DNA from: Nageia nagi
Taxonomy: Eukaryota > Plantae > Pinophyta
DNA length: 64,000 nucleotides
Assembly: GCA_050084985.1 (NCBI GenBank)
Contig: JBITNC010000001.1
Location: forward strand, 171,554,001-171,618,000
Reading direction: 5' to 3'
A model generated the notes under the pieces. It saw nothing but the letters and a program-made list of their open reading frames with translations. It was not told the DNA's origin and ran no database searches. Positions 26,000 to 39,649 of the stretch are shown here, piece after piece (positions within the stretch are counted from its first letter, which is position 1; each line of letters begins with the position of its first letter). Made by a program: the position numbers and the translations under genes.

Positions 26000-28223
26000 A
26001 AGTTAAAGTTGAAGTTGTTTTACATGCCATCTTAGTGTTTTATATTTTTTACCACCTTTTCATGGTGAATGAAACCATAATGTGGTACCAAATGAAACCA
26101 TGCATTTACTACCACACAGTTGCATTAACTTTATCTTTGGTGAGCTAGTTGCCTTTTAATATGGTTGTTACTCAAATAACAACTTTATTGTATGTTGAAG
26201 CTACTAGAGTGAACCATGGCACCAAGGAAACACCCATGGAAGTTTGTCTTGAAAGTTTATCACGAGGTAATTCTTCCTCTTTATCTGTTGTCATTCCTTT
26301 GAAGGAAATTAACTCTACATGCAATGGTTAGAGGATTGTACTCCGATATGATATTTCCCAAATCTTGAATGACTCCCTCATTTGCAATTGGATATAGATG
26401 ACCTAGCATCCTTATGGAATCAAAGTAAATAATATTCAAAACCTATCAAGGGATTTTTCCATTTTTCAGTTTATTGACCCAAAAAGTGTCAAGGTTATTC
26501 TTAGTTGAGGATCCTTGTATGTCTATAGTACTTTACTTATTTTTCAATATTGGTCCTAGGACCTTATTATCCCTAATGATATCTCCCTTAAAGTCCCAAT
26601 GTGGGTAGAGTTTCCAACACTTCCTTTACCCTTGTGGATCATCCCTTCAAAACTTAGTTGAGCTAATAAGAGCATATTTTTGCATGGAACATAATAATTT
26701 TTATGCAATTCTTCCCCACTATCACATCTACTTCAAATAGACCTCTTAAAGTATCTTAAGAAGCATATAGACTTGTAAGTGGATGACACCACCATCTAAC
26801 AAAGGTTGGTGTACATTAAATTATCAAACACTTACTACAAGTGTCAATTTGCAATCCATAAGATTAAGGATTATCCATTTATGGAGGGGAATTTCAAACC
26901 TTGAATCCTGGTAGTTCTATCTCCTGCTCCAATAACCCCTAAATATGCAAACAATGAAGGTCATGAAAAATGGACCATTATGACTAATAGTAAGAATAAG
27001 AATGAAAAATAACTTGTTCAAATGATAATGCAAAATAAAATGTCAACTTCCCCAACACCAAGGAGTTATCTCCTCTTGTTGTAATCCCTATGCTCTTAAC
27101 TCCTCGTATATATCCTATTATAGCCCCTTATGCAAACTTACCTTCACCTTTAATGCTTCCTTTATCTTTCAATGCTCTGGTTTTCCTAAGGTCAAAATAA
27201 ATCGATCTTAAGGAAATAGGCATACTTGTACATCATTGGCTATCCAACAATCTCATAGTCCATCTCATGATGGAGCTCTTGTACCTTTGGAGAAGCAACA
27301 TCAAATGGAATTCCTTTGATATAACCATGACCACTTTGTTTTCAATATGTTACAATCTCTTACATCCCTGGAAGACTTCAATGGGAATATGATCCTTGAT
27401 CATATACCATGATTTTTTATCATGTAATATATATGGATAAATGGACCTAGTCTGCAACTATATGATTTGAAGTGAAATTTATAATATCACTAACTAACAT
27501 GGAAATCTACACTTTCTTTGTCTCTAAGAAGTTCAAGTTTTTTACTTTACTTTGTAAAATACTTATATTTTGATATGGCTAAGTAACCACTTTATAACAC
27601 TAATCATACTCTTAATAAAAGAGGAAGCTATCACTTTCATGGAACCTTGAATGTATTCATATTTTAAACCAAGTAGTCTAGGTCCTTTTGTAAATTGAGG
27701 GGTAACCATTTAGAATTATCAACATATATGCCTCATATTATGCACCATATCAATGCACTCTTTAGCATTAGATTTCTTTCTCCTTATCGCATATAGTTTG
27801 GACTCTATGTGGTGGCCTTAAAATGATTAAAAGAGTATCTAATAAAATTGGTCATCTTCTAATATGTTGGAAGTGGATAAGTGAGAGGCATGGTATCTCA
27901 TACAAAATAAATAGGGGCTTTATGATCCTAATGCATGTTTTTCATTAAACAATTTATCCAACTCACTTTGGTTCAGATGTTCCAACTTTCAAATTGGACA
28001 TGATTGAATTTTGTAGCATTTGGACATAGCCATATTGATAGAATAATCCAACTTCTAATTCCATCAAGCATTGCCTTCTTTCCCTTTTTTGAAGCCATCC
28101 TTAACAACATGCTTTGTGATCATGATCCCATTATTTTTTTTCATTATGAATCATATAGCCCCTCATGGCCCTTCATCTCCCAATTTTACTTAAACACGTC
28201 CTCCATCATTTGACTATGATGTG
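26000..28223 (+). mobile_element. Decayed L1 LINE, 5' part (ORF1 and APE endonuclease remnants)
   Basis: ORF1-like KVPMWVEFPTLPLPLW (about 26590) and zinc-knuckle remnant YKCQFAIHKIKD (about 26835). Endonuclease remnant SHIDR...CDHDPI...FYLNTS (28028-28200). Confidence 0.7.
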
Positions 28224-31200
28224 TGTTACCACCCAATTTTTTATCAATAAAATTTTGCAACTTTTTCTTCAATTTAGGTATCTAGAAAAAGTTTTGTTGT
28301 TTATTTTAATTAAATAAAAAACTAAAAATTAAATAATTCAAAATTAAAAAATAAGATTTGTCAAGACCATAATCTTTTATCACAAAAATAGTTTAGACCT
28401 TTGGGTAGTATCTTTCACTTTAGAAGCAAGTGTATATTCTGAACATTAGAATGGAATTCGGTTGTTATGAAATCGTTGAATACCATCCTCTAAGTTTGAT
28501 CACAAGCATCTACCCTAAACACAAGTGGAACTCAATCCTACTCAACCGTTGAATGACGAGCATCAAAATCTCTCTTTCAAAGTAAAGTGCTCATTCCAGA
28601 TATTGAAAAGTGGAAGTTGGTTCTCATCATGACCTGAAAACCCAAATGATCTTACTTTTCGAAATCAAAGTTAATTAGGATGAATTTTAACTATCTTTTT
28701 ATTTCCTTTATCGCATCCTATTAGAAATCAACCTGGCAGCGACTAAACATTTTTTCTTGGTTACATCGGCTTAAGTTTCAACTTAGCACGATTGAATATT
28801 CTTCTTCAGTCAAATCTTCTAGACTCAAAACATGAAGTGATAAAGGCTTTTGCTTGGATGCATGTGCTTGATGGTCAATCCGAGGCCACTGGTCGTGAAG
28901 AATTTGATGTTAACTTGACTCATTTGAAGTCATTCGCTTGTTGCTCTTCTACCATCTGATCTATAGGGAAACATTAACTCGATCACTGCCATGTGTCCCT
29001 TCATGCCATTCCTACCTATAAATAGTTAGAACCGCCCTTCATTTTTCACTAAGTGCTTCATCCATCCCTTAGTCGGATCTCGTAGACTTCCTAGCTAGAG
29101 CGACTAAGTGATTGTTGTGTTTGCACCGAGTTGAGCTGTTAGCAAGAGCAATCGTCATTATTGTAGGGTGTTGAAAATTGATCTGCAGTGACTAAGAGAC
29201 TTTGTTATCACCTCCACTCCTTGTGACCTGCTTTGAGCTGACTAAGAGATCAAGATCCATGGGACTTAGTCGTATAAGATCTTCCTTTCCTTTGATAGAT
29301 TATCTTGCACATTCATTTGAAGTGACTAACTGAAATCGAACCTTACTTCGAAGCGAGTAAGTCATATATTTGTCGCATTAGGTTAGAATCCACCTTATAA
29401 CAACTAAGCATTGTATTTATCGCACCAGTTTTTCTTCTAACCCATAATGACCAAACACATTCAAAAACACTCTAACATTTAATGTTTGCATTGAATTGAA
29501 GTTCATCTCAAAAGCTACTTAAAGGTTTAGTTGTCGCATGATTTCAAGTTCATCTCAAAGCAACTAAGGCATATTGAAGTCACATCATATTGACATTCAG
29601 CTCGAAGCGATCATGCACTTCATTGGTCACATCATTTTAAACTTCATTTCAAAGGGACTTAGCCAAAATTTACTAGTTGCACCACCTATGTTTTTGACTT
29701 GATGCAATTAAAGGAAAATAAGTAATTTTGATAAAATTACACTTTTCATCTTATCTTGAAATGATGGTTAACTTAATTTTTTTTCTTTTTTCAAGATAAA
29801 CAATTAAAGAATGATATCGATGGCTATTCTCGGCTCACCAAGAGTAGTTTTGTTGAATTAAAGGAAGATGGCAAAACAAAGCAGAGGGCCTAATATTATA
29901 ATAGACTTGAGAACATCAAAGATCCTAAGTGAAATCATATTGATTTGATTTTTATGATTAGAGAGGCTGATGGGATTCTAGAAGAGGTAAAAGAGAAAGA
30001 TATCTTTCATTCTTTAGGACTTTTCATGGTTGTAGAGTCCTGGAAGTTGCATAACATACAAACTTTGAAAACCAAGTTGTAAATGATGCTGATGAAAATA
30101 TAATTGTAGACCTAACTAAAGAAGCCATTGAAAAAGCTATCAGTTGGTCCAACAGGGGTGTCATTTTCATCCAAAAAGATGTTGATCTAAAGTACGAAGA
30201 ATACAATAACAAACATAAGCCCAATGATTTCATCCGATATCTATTGAAACCAGAGCATCATGGTTTAGATCACCAAGCTATCATGAAAGTGTGGAGATGT
30301 TTATTTCATGATACCATAAACAAAGCCATCAGTTTATTATGTAGAATTTTGGGAAAATCTATTGGTATCCATTTTTAGGACTTATTTAGTTTTCTATACA
30401 AATTCAACAAAGGGGAGAGCATCTGGTGGAGTTAGGTTATCAGTGACGAGATGATCATTCAGCTAAAGGAAGTGAAGAAAAGGAGCTTCTTTTATATGTC
30501 ATATTTGGTCTTTTTGTTATTGAAGGGAAAGAATTGACCTCAAGCCCATGGAATCAAAAAGATCATTTTTAATTGGAAAGATACTATCTATATATCCTAC
30601 CCTAAATTTTATAAGACTGAGGAATGGAGTTATATCCAAATGAGGATTGATGAATGGGAATATGTGATTATCAAGGAGATGAAAAGGGCCTAGCATATCC
30701 TTAGGATTTCCATTGAAGCTTGTAACTTTTTGAAAAGGTTTGTTAATTTTCACCTTGAGGAATTTGATAACTCTTATATCAGATATTTTAGTGTAGATGT
30801 GGCTCCTCTCAAATTGCCATGTTATCTAAGTGATAGAATGGTGTTTATAGAATTTATCAAACAAGCTTTCTATTTTCATGAAAAATTTGCCAAGGAGAAG
30901 AAATAGGCACCAATAAAGATGCCTATCACCTTATCTTGGTATTTTTGCAATAATTGGTTGGAAGTGGAGAGCATCAAGTGTGAAATTGCATGATATAATT
31001 TTGAAAGACATGCATTGAAAATGAATTATGATCCAACTGAAGTGGTTGATAGGTTTTATTAGAAATTTCATACAAATTATAAACATCACTCCCTCAGCCA
31101 CCTGAAAAAATTCAGAAATGTGCGCTCAGAGGTAGAGATTCAAAGGATCCCAGAATAATTGGCATAGGAGGAGAGGGAGAAAAGGAAAGGAACATCAAGA

Positions 31201-34200
31201 GGTGAAAGCCATAGAAGCCGCCCACAATAGTCTGAAGCTCAACAAATAGTTGAGCAAGATTTTACTAAAGATCCAAATTTCAATTAGTTTGGCTCAATGT
31301 AAGGAGGTGATGTATTGAAAATAATAAATACATCCAAGATTGTACATGTAAAGTCTTATTTTGAGAGTGGAGAAAGTAGTCATATCGTTGCACCTAATGG
31401 GAACTCTTCTTCTAGTAGTAGTTCTTTAGAGAGTTTTGATGATGAAAATTGATCAAAATTAAGCAATAATGACATAAGGTCAAGGATTCATAGTGTTGAA
31501 AGGGAGTATGAATAATCTGATGATAGTGAAGGAAATGACGAAGAACAAGTTGGAGAAATATTCGAAGAATATTAAGACCCTTTCCCAACTACTGACACCC
31601 ACACTAAAGGAGAAGAGGAGTTTGTAATTATCATAGACTGCAAAGAAGAAGGAGAAATTAAGGAAAATGGACCTATTCCTCATGAGGGTTCTTCTAACTT
31701 GGATTTAATTGCTACTTATTCTTCCTCCATCCTAAAGGTGTCACATCAATAGGGAATGATTTCACATTTTCCAACACAATAGGCCATGAAGGGGTCTACA
31801 CAAACTATGAAATGCCTGACTAAAAGATCTAATGTAAAGAAAGTTTCTACTCCTCATAAAAGCTCTATTTCATAGAAATCTGCATCCAAACAGTCATATA
31901 GAGCACTCAAAGGGAATGACAATGATGATGATGATGATGATGATGAAGAGAATGAGAAAAGGAGGAAGAAGAGAAAACAAGATGAGCATGAAAAATAAAT
32001 TATCACAGTTGACGATAACACTACCCTTGATTAGCTTAGCTCAAAATATCTTTTGAATAATATAGATATTGATGCATATTTGAAGAGGCTTGAAGAAATC
32101 AATAGTGGAAACAAAGGGGAAGAAGAAACAGAGGCAATAGGAGGAAGCTGCCCCTATTACTTAGAAATTATTAATTATTGTAGAGTTTAGGAAGGAGACC
32201 CTATGAGTTAGCAAACTTTCAACCAATGTCAAAAAGCCCAAATATAAGAGGTAGATAAACATTAACACTATGGAGTATGATATTAAGCCTCTAGGTATTG
32301 AATCTAATGCATACATTGTTGATCAAGTTACCAAGAATTTGACAAAGTTAGCTCAAGAGAAAGAGTCAAAGGTTAATAAACTCAAGAGCGAGATGAAAAA
32401 AACCTCTAACGAGTTTAATGAAATGGGAGTTGATAAAGAAGAATTGAAATCTAAATATAAAAAAGGTTTTGAGTTCAAGAAGAGGATCAACAAGTTGATT
32501 AAGAAAGCAACCTAAGTATTTTCGAATGCCTATCATGATCTTGTTTATCTTGATAACATAAATTTTTTAGTTATATAGCGTTGAGGCTGACATTAGTAAA
32601 TATGCAAATTAATGGATGGTAGAAGTGGAAAACGTTGTAAGAATTGAGCATGAAGTTATCAATAATGAGAAATTGCTAAATTTTTACAAAGAATTTTTGT
32701 TCCTTTTTGATTGGTTGTCAAATGCAAAACTCAGATGCAAAGCATTCAAGGATAACTCTAATGAGGTTTATAAGGAAAATCAAGATATTATTGATTTGGT
32801 TGATATTTCAACCCTGAATGTATCAAGTTAATAGACAAGCAATAATGAAATCAAAGAAAGCTTGAGGGAACTCCTAAAGAAAAAGTGGAAATCAAAAGAT
32901 TCAGAGGAAATTCTTGGATTGTATGCATGTTCTCTCTTGGATCAACTAGGTTAAAATATCACATCAAAAGATTACAAATTGGGAAATAAGGTAGATGATA
33001 TGTCAATATCAGGGGTTATTGGAAGGATGTGATAAAGTTCATAATTTCTCAGGGTGAGATATCAAGGCAAAGGTCGTAGAGATGATAACTTTATTCCCCC
33101 CTCAATCATTAGCAAGTTGAAGAGTAGTTTATTATATTTGTTCTCGATAGCATTGTAAAAGGAATTAAGGGTGTTAGAAAATTTTTGTCCCCTTAATTTT
33201 CAGAGTTAGTCAAATTTTTGTATATTATTTTTCAAACTTAATCTCTTTTTGGGTTAGGTTTTTAGACTTAGCCAAATTTTGATGGTTCTAAAATTAGGGT
33301 TTTAAAAATTAGGATTTCCAAAGAAGTTAGGGTTTTGTTTTAAACCTAACTACTTTTGAGTACTATTTAAAGGTGAAGGAGCCTCATTTGTAACTCTCTC
33401 TCTGGCATTCTGAATATTGAAAGTTGCACTTTGAAGCTTCTATAATATAAGATAGTATTGTAATATAAGATGGTATCTTTTACAGCCTGCTTATGTATGT
33501 TTATTTCTTTGATACTTATTTGAGTAATTAGATGAATTTCAAGTCTACGTAATAATTAATTTCCTATACCTAGATAATTTTATCTTTTTATGAACTTAAA
33601 AAGCAATCAGCGTTTGAGTTCGTGAAAGAAATATGATGTATTATTCAAGCTACGTAGTATAATACCTCATCCAAGAAACTAAGTTTTTGTGAATAAGAAC
33701 TAAAAGAGACTAAGTACAAGATGATCTACTTTGAGTTTATCACTTCTTACTTATAACTTGATTAACTTGGGCAAGAATTCTTCAAATTGGTTAAAATGTT
33801 CAAGTGATTGTTTACTTTTCTGGAATTAGTGAAATGATCATTTAATTCAAGGTTAAGGAAAGTTGTGATAGAAATAAACTAAATCTTTGCACATTCAAAG
33901 GAAAAGATGAAAAATATATAAAAAAACCCACTTCATAAGTGAAAATATGCTTATGTGAAACATATTACTATCTTCCTCGTAACTTGGATAACTCAAGCAA
34001 GTCTAATGCAACCGAGTTACAAACATTAAGTAATTGCTTACTTTTCTAGAACTAGTGGGGCAAGTATTTAATCTAAGTATGGGAAATATTGTGAGAAAAA
34101 TAACATAAGCCTTGACATAATCTATTAGCACTAAACAAACACATCAAGGACCATCTTGTTAAAAAGAGAATCTTAGATTTCTACTATCCCCTTTTTCTTC

Positions 34201-34222
34201 TAATAAGAAAAAGTGGTTAACA
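28224..34222 (+). repeat. 5' LTR (5,999 bp)
   Basis: TG...CA termini; colinear with 41867-47564; followed by the PBS. Confidence 0.93.
29796..33158 (+). pseudogene. Accessory ORF inside the 5' LTR (about 1,100 codons, decayed)
   Basis: Colinear with 43141-46514 and homologous to 10901-12031 (W.S.VIS, SYLVFLLL.GK, YPKF, DEWEY.I.KE.KG, LP.Y..DR..F.EF, NYDP). Acidic/low-complexity middle and K/E-rich coiled-coil-like end. Confidence 0.8.
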
Positions 34223-34226
34223 TTAT

Positions 34227-34245
34227 TGGCGAGTCTGTTGGGGAT
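34227..34245 (+). promoter_or_regulatory. Primer-binding site, tRNA-Arg-like
   Basis: TGGCGAGTCTGTTGGGGAT 4 nt after the LTR; close to the Ogre/Tat TGGCGACTC(C/T)(A/G)CTGGGGA type. Confidence 0.75.
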
Positions 34246-34403
34246 GCAAGTCAAGAATCTACCCTTTGGCTAGTTGAGGTTAGCTTGGTGAGTTTGAACT
34301 AATTTAGTCACTTGGGAATTGTTATAAGTGCAAAAAAACATCAAAATTTACTCTTTTTTGAAAAGAGAACTTAAAAAAAGGATAAAAATAATTTTGAAAG
34401 AAT

Positions 34404-35232
34404 ATGGTGAATCATCATCCTAACTCTGCAAGATAACATGCTTTATATAACCAACAAGTTAGAAGGATTCAAGAAGAAATAAGAAATAAAATGCTTTTCT
34501 TCAATGAAATGATTTTCAATACTTTGGCTCAAAGTGAATTTGAGGTATTAACAAGAGCAAAAGAAATATACCTCCCTTATGCACTTCAAGTTGAGAATAA
34601 GAAAATTAGGAGAACTTTCCTTGAAAGAACCTTTTGGAGTGAAACAAATTTAGAAGTATCGAGATCAATTGAATCTTTGGGCACATTTGATAAAGGAAAG
34701 ATAGATATTTTAGGATACCATATATAATCAGATGATGAATCGAATAGGGAAGATCTGGTAGAGTTCAAGACCAACTTCTTTTTACTAATTGAGACAAGCC
34801 TAGTACAATTATCTTCATAATCTTTAGTTGCTATAGGTATTAATAATCTTTGTTTAATTATTAGAGAATCCATTTTAATCCCCCAAATTTTTGAAATCTT
34901 ATCAAAGGAATTGTTGATTAGAAGTTAAGAGAGAACTCTAACATTAGAGAATAAATGAAGTAACCAAATTATTAGAAGAGACGCATATCTTTTGCAAGTC
35001 AAGTAAGAAATTAAGACATAGCTTGTTGATAACCAAGAGAAGAATAAAAGTATTTTTATTGAACAAATCTTGGGAATTAGTGGATATCTAATAGGCAATA
35101 GTGATTTGAAAGAAGAATTAGAAAATTTAAAGTCAAAATGTATTCTTGACATTGAAATTCAACCTTTCACATTCAATTCAATAATTTCTTTAAGAAGAAG
35201 TCAAAGTTTGACAATAGTCATCAATTTTTGAT
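34404..35232 (+). pseudogene. Extra ORF upstream of gag (uncharacterised)
   Basis: ATG at 34404 is in frame with NKMLFFNEMIFNTLAQSEF...IRRTFLERTFWSETNLEVS. Homologous frame on the minus strand at about 50800-51400. Confidence 0.6.
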
Positions 35233-36750
35233 TTGTCCAAACTAACAAGCCCTTCCAAAAGAACAATTCAATGCTCAGGATTAGTTGAAACAAGTGCTTG
35301 GAATCTTGGCCCTACAGAACTAGAAAGATATTTACGAAGGATTCAAAGGGAATGGACAAATACAGACCCAAATACCACACTTATTGAAACAAGAATCCCT
35401 ACTCCTATAAGAAGTATATCACTTGAAGAATATGAGATCAATATTATAGGATCTAAACTAGATATAGAAGCTTTTGAAATGGTTGAAAGAAATAAAAGAC
35501 TTTCACTACCATGGGAAAATAACTCTGTACCTTTGATTTTACAAGGGGAAAAACACAATCTCCTTAAAGAAACTAGAGATCTTCCTCATTTTTCAGAAGA
35601 TCAATCTAGTAATACAATAGAAGAACATCTTGAAAACTTAAACACTTTTTGTGAAGTAAATGGAGTTGAATATGAATATGTTGCAATACGTATGCTTGTT
35701 AAAACTCTCATAGATTCAACACTACAATAGTATAATTTCCTCCCTATTGGATCAATTTCAAGTTGGGATAATCTATCAGATGCATTTCTATTAAGATTCA
35801 AAAGTCGAGTGTTAGGAACAAAATTAATCAATGAAACTTCACACATGAAGAAAAGAGATAGAGAGTTTGTTCCACGACTCACAAATCATTTCAATAAATT
35901 TTTTTAGAGAATTCCAATAAATTTAGCCTACCACATTCCAGAATGCAATGGATGAAGCAATCGGACATGAAGAATTTATGATTGCATTAGAAAAAATTAA
36001 GAGAAATAAAACTTTTGAATCAAGAAAATGGAACATTGAATCATCTAGTAAATAAGATAAAAGCAAAGCTCTTTAACAAAAATAGGTTGAAAATGAATTA
36101 TTGAGGAAATTAGCTAATATGACTATTCAACAAACTCAAAATACACAACATGGATTCAGACCTCAATAGAACTTCAAAAAATTTCCAAATCAGAATAGAG
36201 GGGATTTCAAGGATGAGAAGAAGACATTACTTGTTCCTATGGATAGACCATAATGTTCAAACCCAAACCCCTATTGTAATCTCTATAAGTATGAACATGA
36301 TCCTAACATTTGTATTACTATTAATATATTATAGGAGATGCTTGCAGAAAATGAAGTACTATTCGGAAATAGTGACCTAATCGAACAAGGAGAATCTAAT
36401 TTACTCTTGGAAGAAAATAATGAAGATACTATAAAGAACTTATTTCAAAATAGTATTCAACATTCCAAATGTTATACCATGATGACAAGATCCCAGGCCA
36501 ATCTTTAAGCCCAACCATAGGATAAAATCAAAAGAAATCTAGACTGAGGAAAATAAGAATGATTCGCTTAGTTTAAAATATAGTGTAGTCAAAGCTCTAT
36601 CCAAAAACATGACCAATATTTCCATCTTGAAAATCTTGCAGAGCGACCCTCAGGATATGAAAGAACTCTCATACGTAATTAAACCTTCCAAAACATGTGT
36701 AAATCTGATCATGGGAAAGGTCACCATTGAAGAACATGTTTATGTAGCTG
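35233..36750 (+). pseudogene. gag (decayed)
   Basis: LPHFSEDQSSNTIEEHL...VEYEYVAIRMLVKTL...LPIGSISSWDNLSDAFL. Zn-knuckle-like PYCNLYKYEHDPNIC near 36270. Confidence 0.8.
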
Positions 36751-36758
36751 AATAGAAA

Positions 36759-37110
36759 TTGGCCAGATTGTCCTCATTCTATATGTCTCTTTGGGTAAAC
36801 AAAAAAAAGTTGTGTAATTGCATATTAGATTCAGGAGCTATAGATAACATTATGCCATTGAAAGTTTCTCAGATTTTGAAATTGAATTTTACTGAATGTA
36901 AAGATTCCTTTTTTCAAATGGATTCTTCTAATGTAAAGATAGTCGATAAAGTCAAAGATATCATCATCAATCTATCATAATTTCCATCCAAGATTTTATG
37001 AGTATCCTAGTAGTCGATATGCCTATTGCTTATGGAATGCTATTGGGAAGATAGTTTGCAATGATTATGGGTGGTATGATTTCTTTAGACTGGACTTTGC
37101 ATAGATCCTG
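36759..37110 (+). pseudogene. Aspartic protease domain
   Basis: LCNCILDSGAIDNIMPL...YGMLLGR. Confidence 0.88.
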
Positions 37111-37317
37111 ATTGAGGATACATTGCAAATCCTTAAACCCAAAGCAAAACAAATATGGATGGTTGTTACTAAAGAAAATAGGATTGAAGGAAACACTCAA
37201 GAAAATCCCTTTCATGAGGTTAACCTACAAGAGAACCAATCAATGGAATTGTTTCAAGACATGGAAATTAGTTCATATCAAGCTATCGAGGAGGAACTCA
37301 AGAGGTAGATAAATATC

Positions 37318-37720
37318 ATGAGCTTAAATGATGTTTGGAAAATGTATTTCGATGATAGTAAATGTAGAGAAGGGAATAAAGCAGGTGTCATTTTTATCTC
37401 TCCTAATGGGGCAAAGAAAGTTTTTTCAATAAGATTGAGTTTTCACTACACCAATAATATTGCTGAATATGAAGCCTTATATCAGGGTTTGAACATAGCA
37501 AAGAAATAATATAGATTCAAAATTTGGTATGTTTCAGGAATGCAAAGTTAATTGTCAAGCAAGTTAAAAAATAGTTTCAGACTAAAAGCCCCAAGTTGCG
37601 ATCATATAGATACCTTATATGGGACATGATTGGAACCTTTGATTCTTTCAATATAACTACTATCCCTTGAAATCAAAATTCTCAAGTAGATTCTTTAGCT
37701 ATATCAACTTTTATGATAAA
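37318..37720 (+). pseudogene. Archaeal-type RNase H (aRH) located between PR and RT
   Basis: WKMYFDDS...AGVIFISPNG...RLSFHYTNNIAEYEALYQGL...NSQVDSLA. Confidence 0.88.
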
Positions 37721-38079
37721 GCTAAACCCTTCTCTTGGATTGGGGCACTATCATATCAAATTACTTTTCAAACCAGCCATACTAGAAAATATTAAGCATT
37801 GGCAAGTTTTTGATTTTGATAAGCAACTTTTACAATTTTTGCCATGCACAAAAGAATATTCATTAGGCTTTGTGGAATCAGATAAAATCTTATAGTTGGA
37901 TGAAAATAGAATACCCTAGTAATTATTGGGTTAGAAAACCTCTATGATCAAAATGATCATTTTAGTTGTAAAAACATGGTCAAAGAGATATCTAAATCAA
38001 CAACTTTTAATTTGAATCCAAATAGAACACCAAAAGAAATCCTAATTGGCACTAGATGCACCTTAAATGAAAGAGAGGA

Positions 38080-39430
38080 ATTGATTGAAACATTCAAAAG
38101 GTTTAAGAAATTTTTTTCTTGGAACTATTATGATCTTAAAGGGTTCAAAAAATATGTTTTCTAGCATATTATTGCATTGAAGGATAATTCTAAACCTTTC
38201 AAATAAAAAATTCAATGTTTTAATCCAAAAATCGAAGGAATGATTAAAAAGGAAGTTGAAAAAATGTTGTCATTAGATATTATTTATCCAATTAGGAATT
38301 CCTATTGGATAGCCAACATTATTCCCGTTCAAAAGAAAAATGGAGACATTAGAATATGTATTGACTTTTAGACTCTCAACTTGGCATCCATTAAAGATAA
38401 CTATCAATTACATATGATGGACCACATTTTGTAGACTATCAATGGCTCATAAATATTTTCTCTACTAGAAAATTATTCTGGTTATAATCAAATTTGGGTT
38501 GCAAAGGAAGATCGTTTCAAAATAACATTCACCAATCCTTGGGGTACTTTTGCATACAAAAGGATTCCATTTTGATTGACCAATGCAGGAGCTACTGTTC
38601 AAAGAGTTTTGGACTTTGCTTTTAAAGATGTGATCAACAAGATTATTGTTATATACCTGGATGATATGAAAATTTTCTCGAAGTGAAGAGAAGACCATGT
38701 GAAACATGTTATTCAGGTACTAGAAGTATGTAAAGAATTTGGGATATCATTAAACCTGAAGAAATCTATTTTCAAGGTGACTGAGGGGAAACTCTTAGGC
38801 ACATCGTCTCTAGAGATGGAACTCATATTGATTAGAAGAGGTAATTACTATCAAGAAAATCCCTTTCCCAATAAGAAGAAGCTTTACAATCTTTTTTCAA
38901 AAAGGTTAGTTTCTTAAGAAGATTTATCTTAGATTTTGCAGAAATTGTATTTCCTCTAAATAAGATGTTAACACAAAATGTTGAAATCAAGTGGTCTAAT
39001 GAAGGGAAACTAGCTATTGAAAACATCAAATAAGCTCTTACAAGCACTCCTACTATGGTGCAACCTGATTTCAGTAATATTTTAAGATGTATACTCACAC
39101 ATTGGATCATACTATTTGTTTAATATTAACATAAGTAAATGATACAAATGAAGAACATCCGATTGCTTTCATGAGCCATTCTCTAAAAAGTGCAAAAGAG
39201 AAGTAAACCTTCCTAGAAAAACAAGTGTTCACTGTAGTCAAGGTAGTCATGAATTTCAAAGTTTATATCTTTGGGCTATAGATTACTATATTTTTACTAG
39301 ATCCAATTGTAAAAACTATTTTGACATAGAAATAATTAGGCATTCTCAAAGGATATTGGATAGCTAAAATTTAGGAATTCAAATTAGTTTTCAAGCCAGT
39401 TAAGTTGGTCAGAGGAAAAGGAATATGCAA
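38080..39430 (+). pseudogene. Reverse transcriptase and gypsy RNase H
   Basis: VQKKNGDIRICIDF, FSGYNQI-like, PF.LTNAGATVQR, IYLDD (38651-38665), EHPIAFMS, KPVKLVRGKG. Confidence 0.9.
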
Positions 39431-39649
39431 ACTTATTACAAATATTTCTCCCATAGAATATGATAAATAGGTACAAGCATAATTATCACATATAGCAATG
39501 GAAACTAGTTCGATGATATATCAGTGTGCCTAAAGACTGGGCATCCACCAACACATCTATCATTCAATGCAAAAGGAGCTTTGAAAATGAAATCTTGGAA
39601 GTATTGTTTGAATGATAATGTTCTTTTTCAAAAATAATTTGATAGTATT

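Noticed and set aside
29796-33158. env gene interpretation of the LTR ORF
   Set aside because: No signal peptide or convincing transmembrane anchor seen; the N-terminus is basic and the tail is charged.
34227-34245. tRNA-like sequence
   Set aside because: Only the complement of a tRNA 3' end (PBS); no cloverleaf gene.
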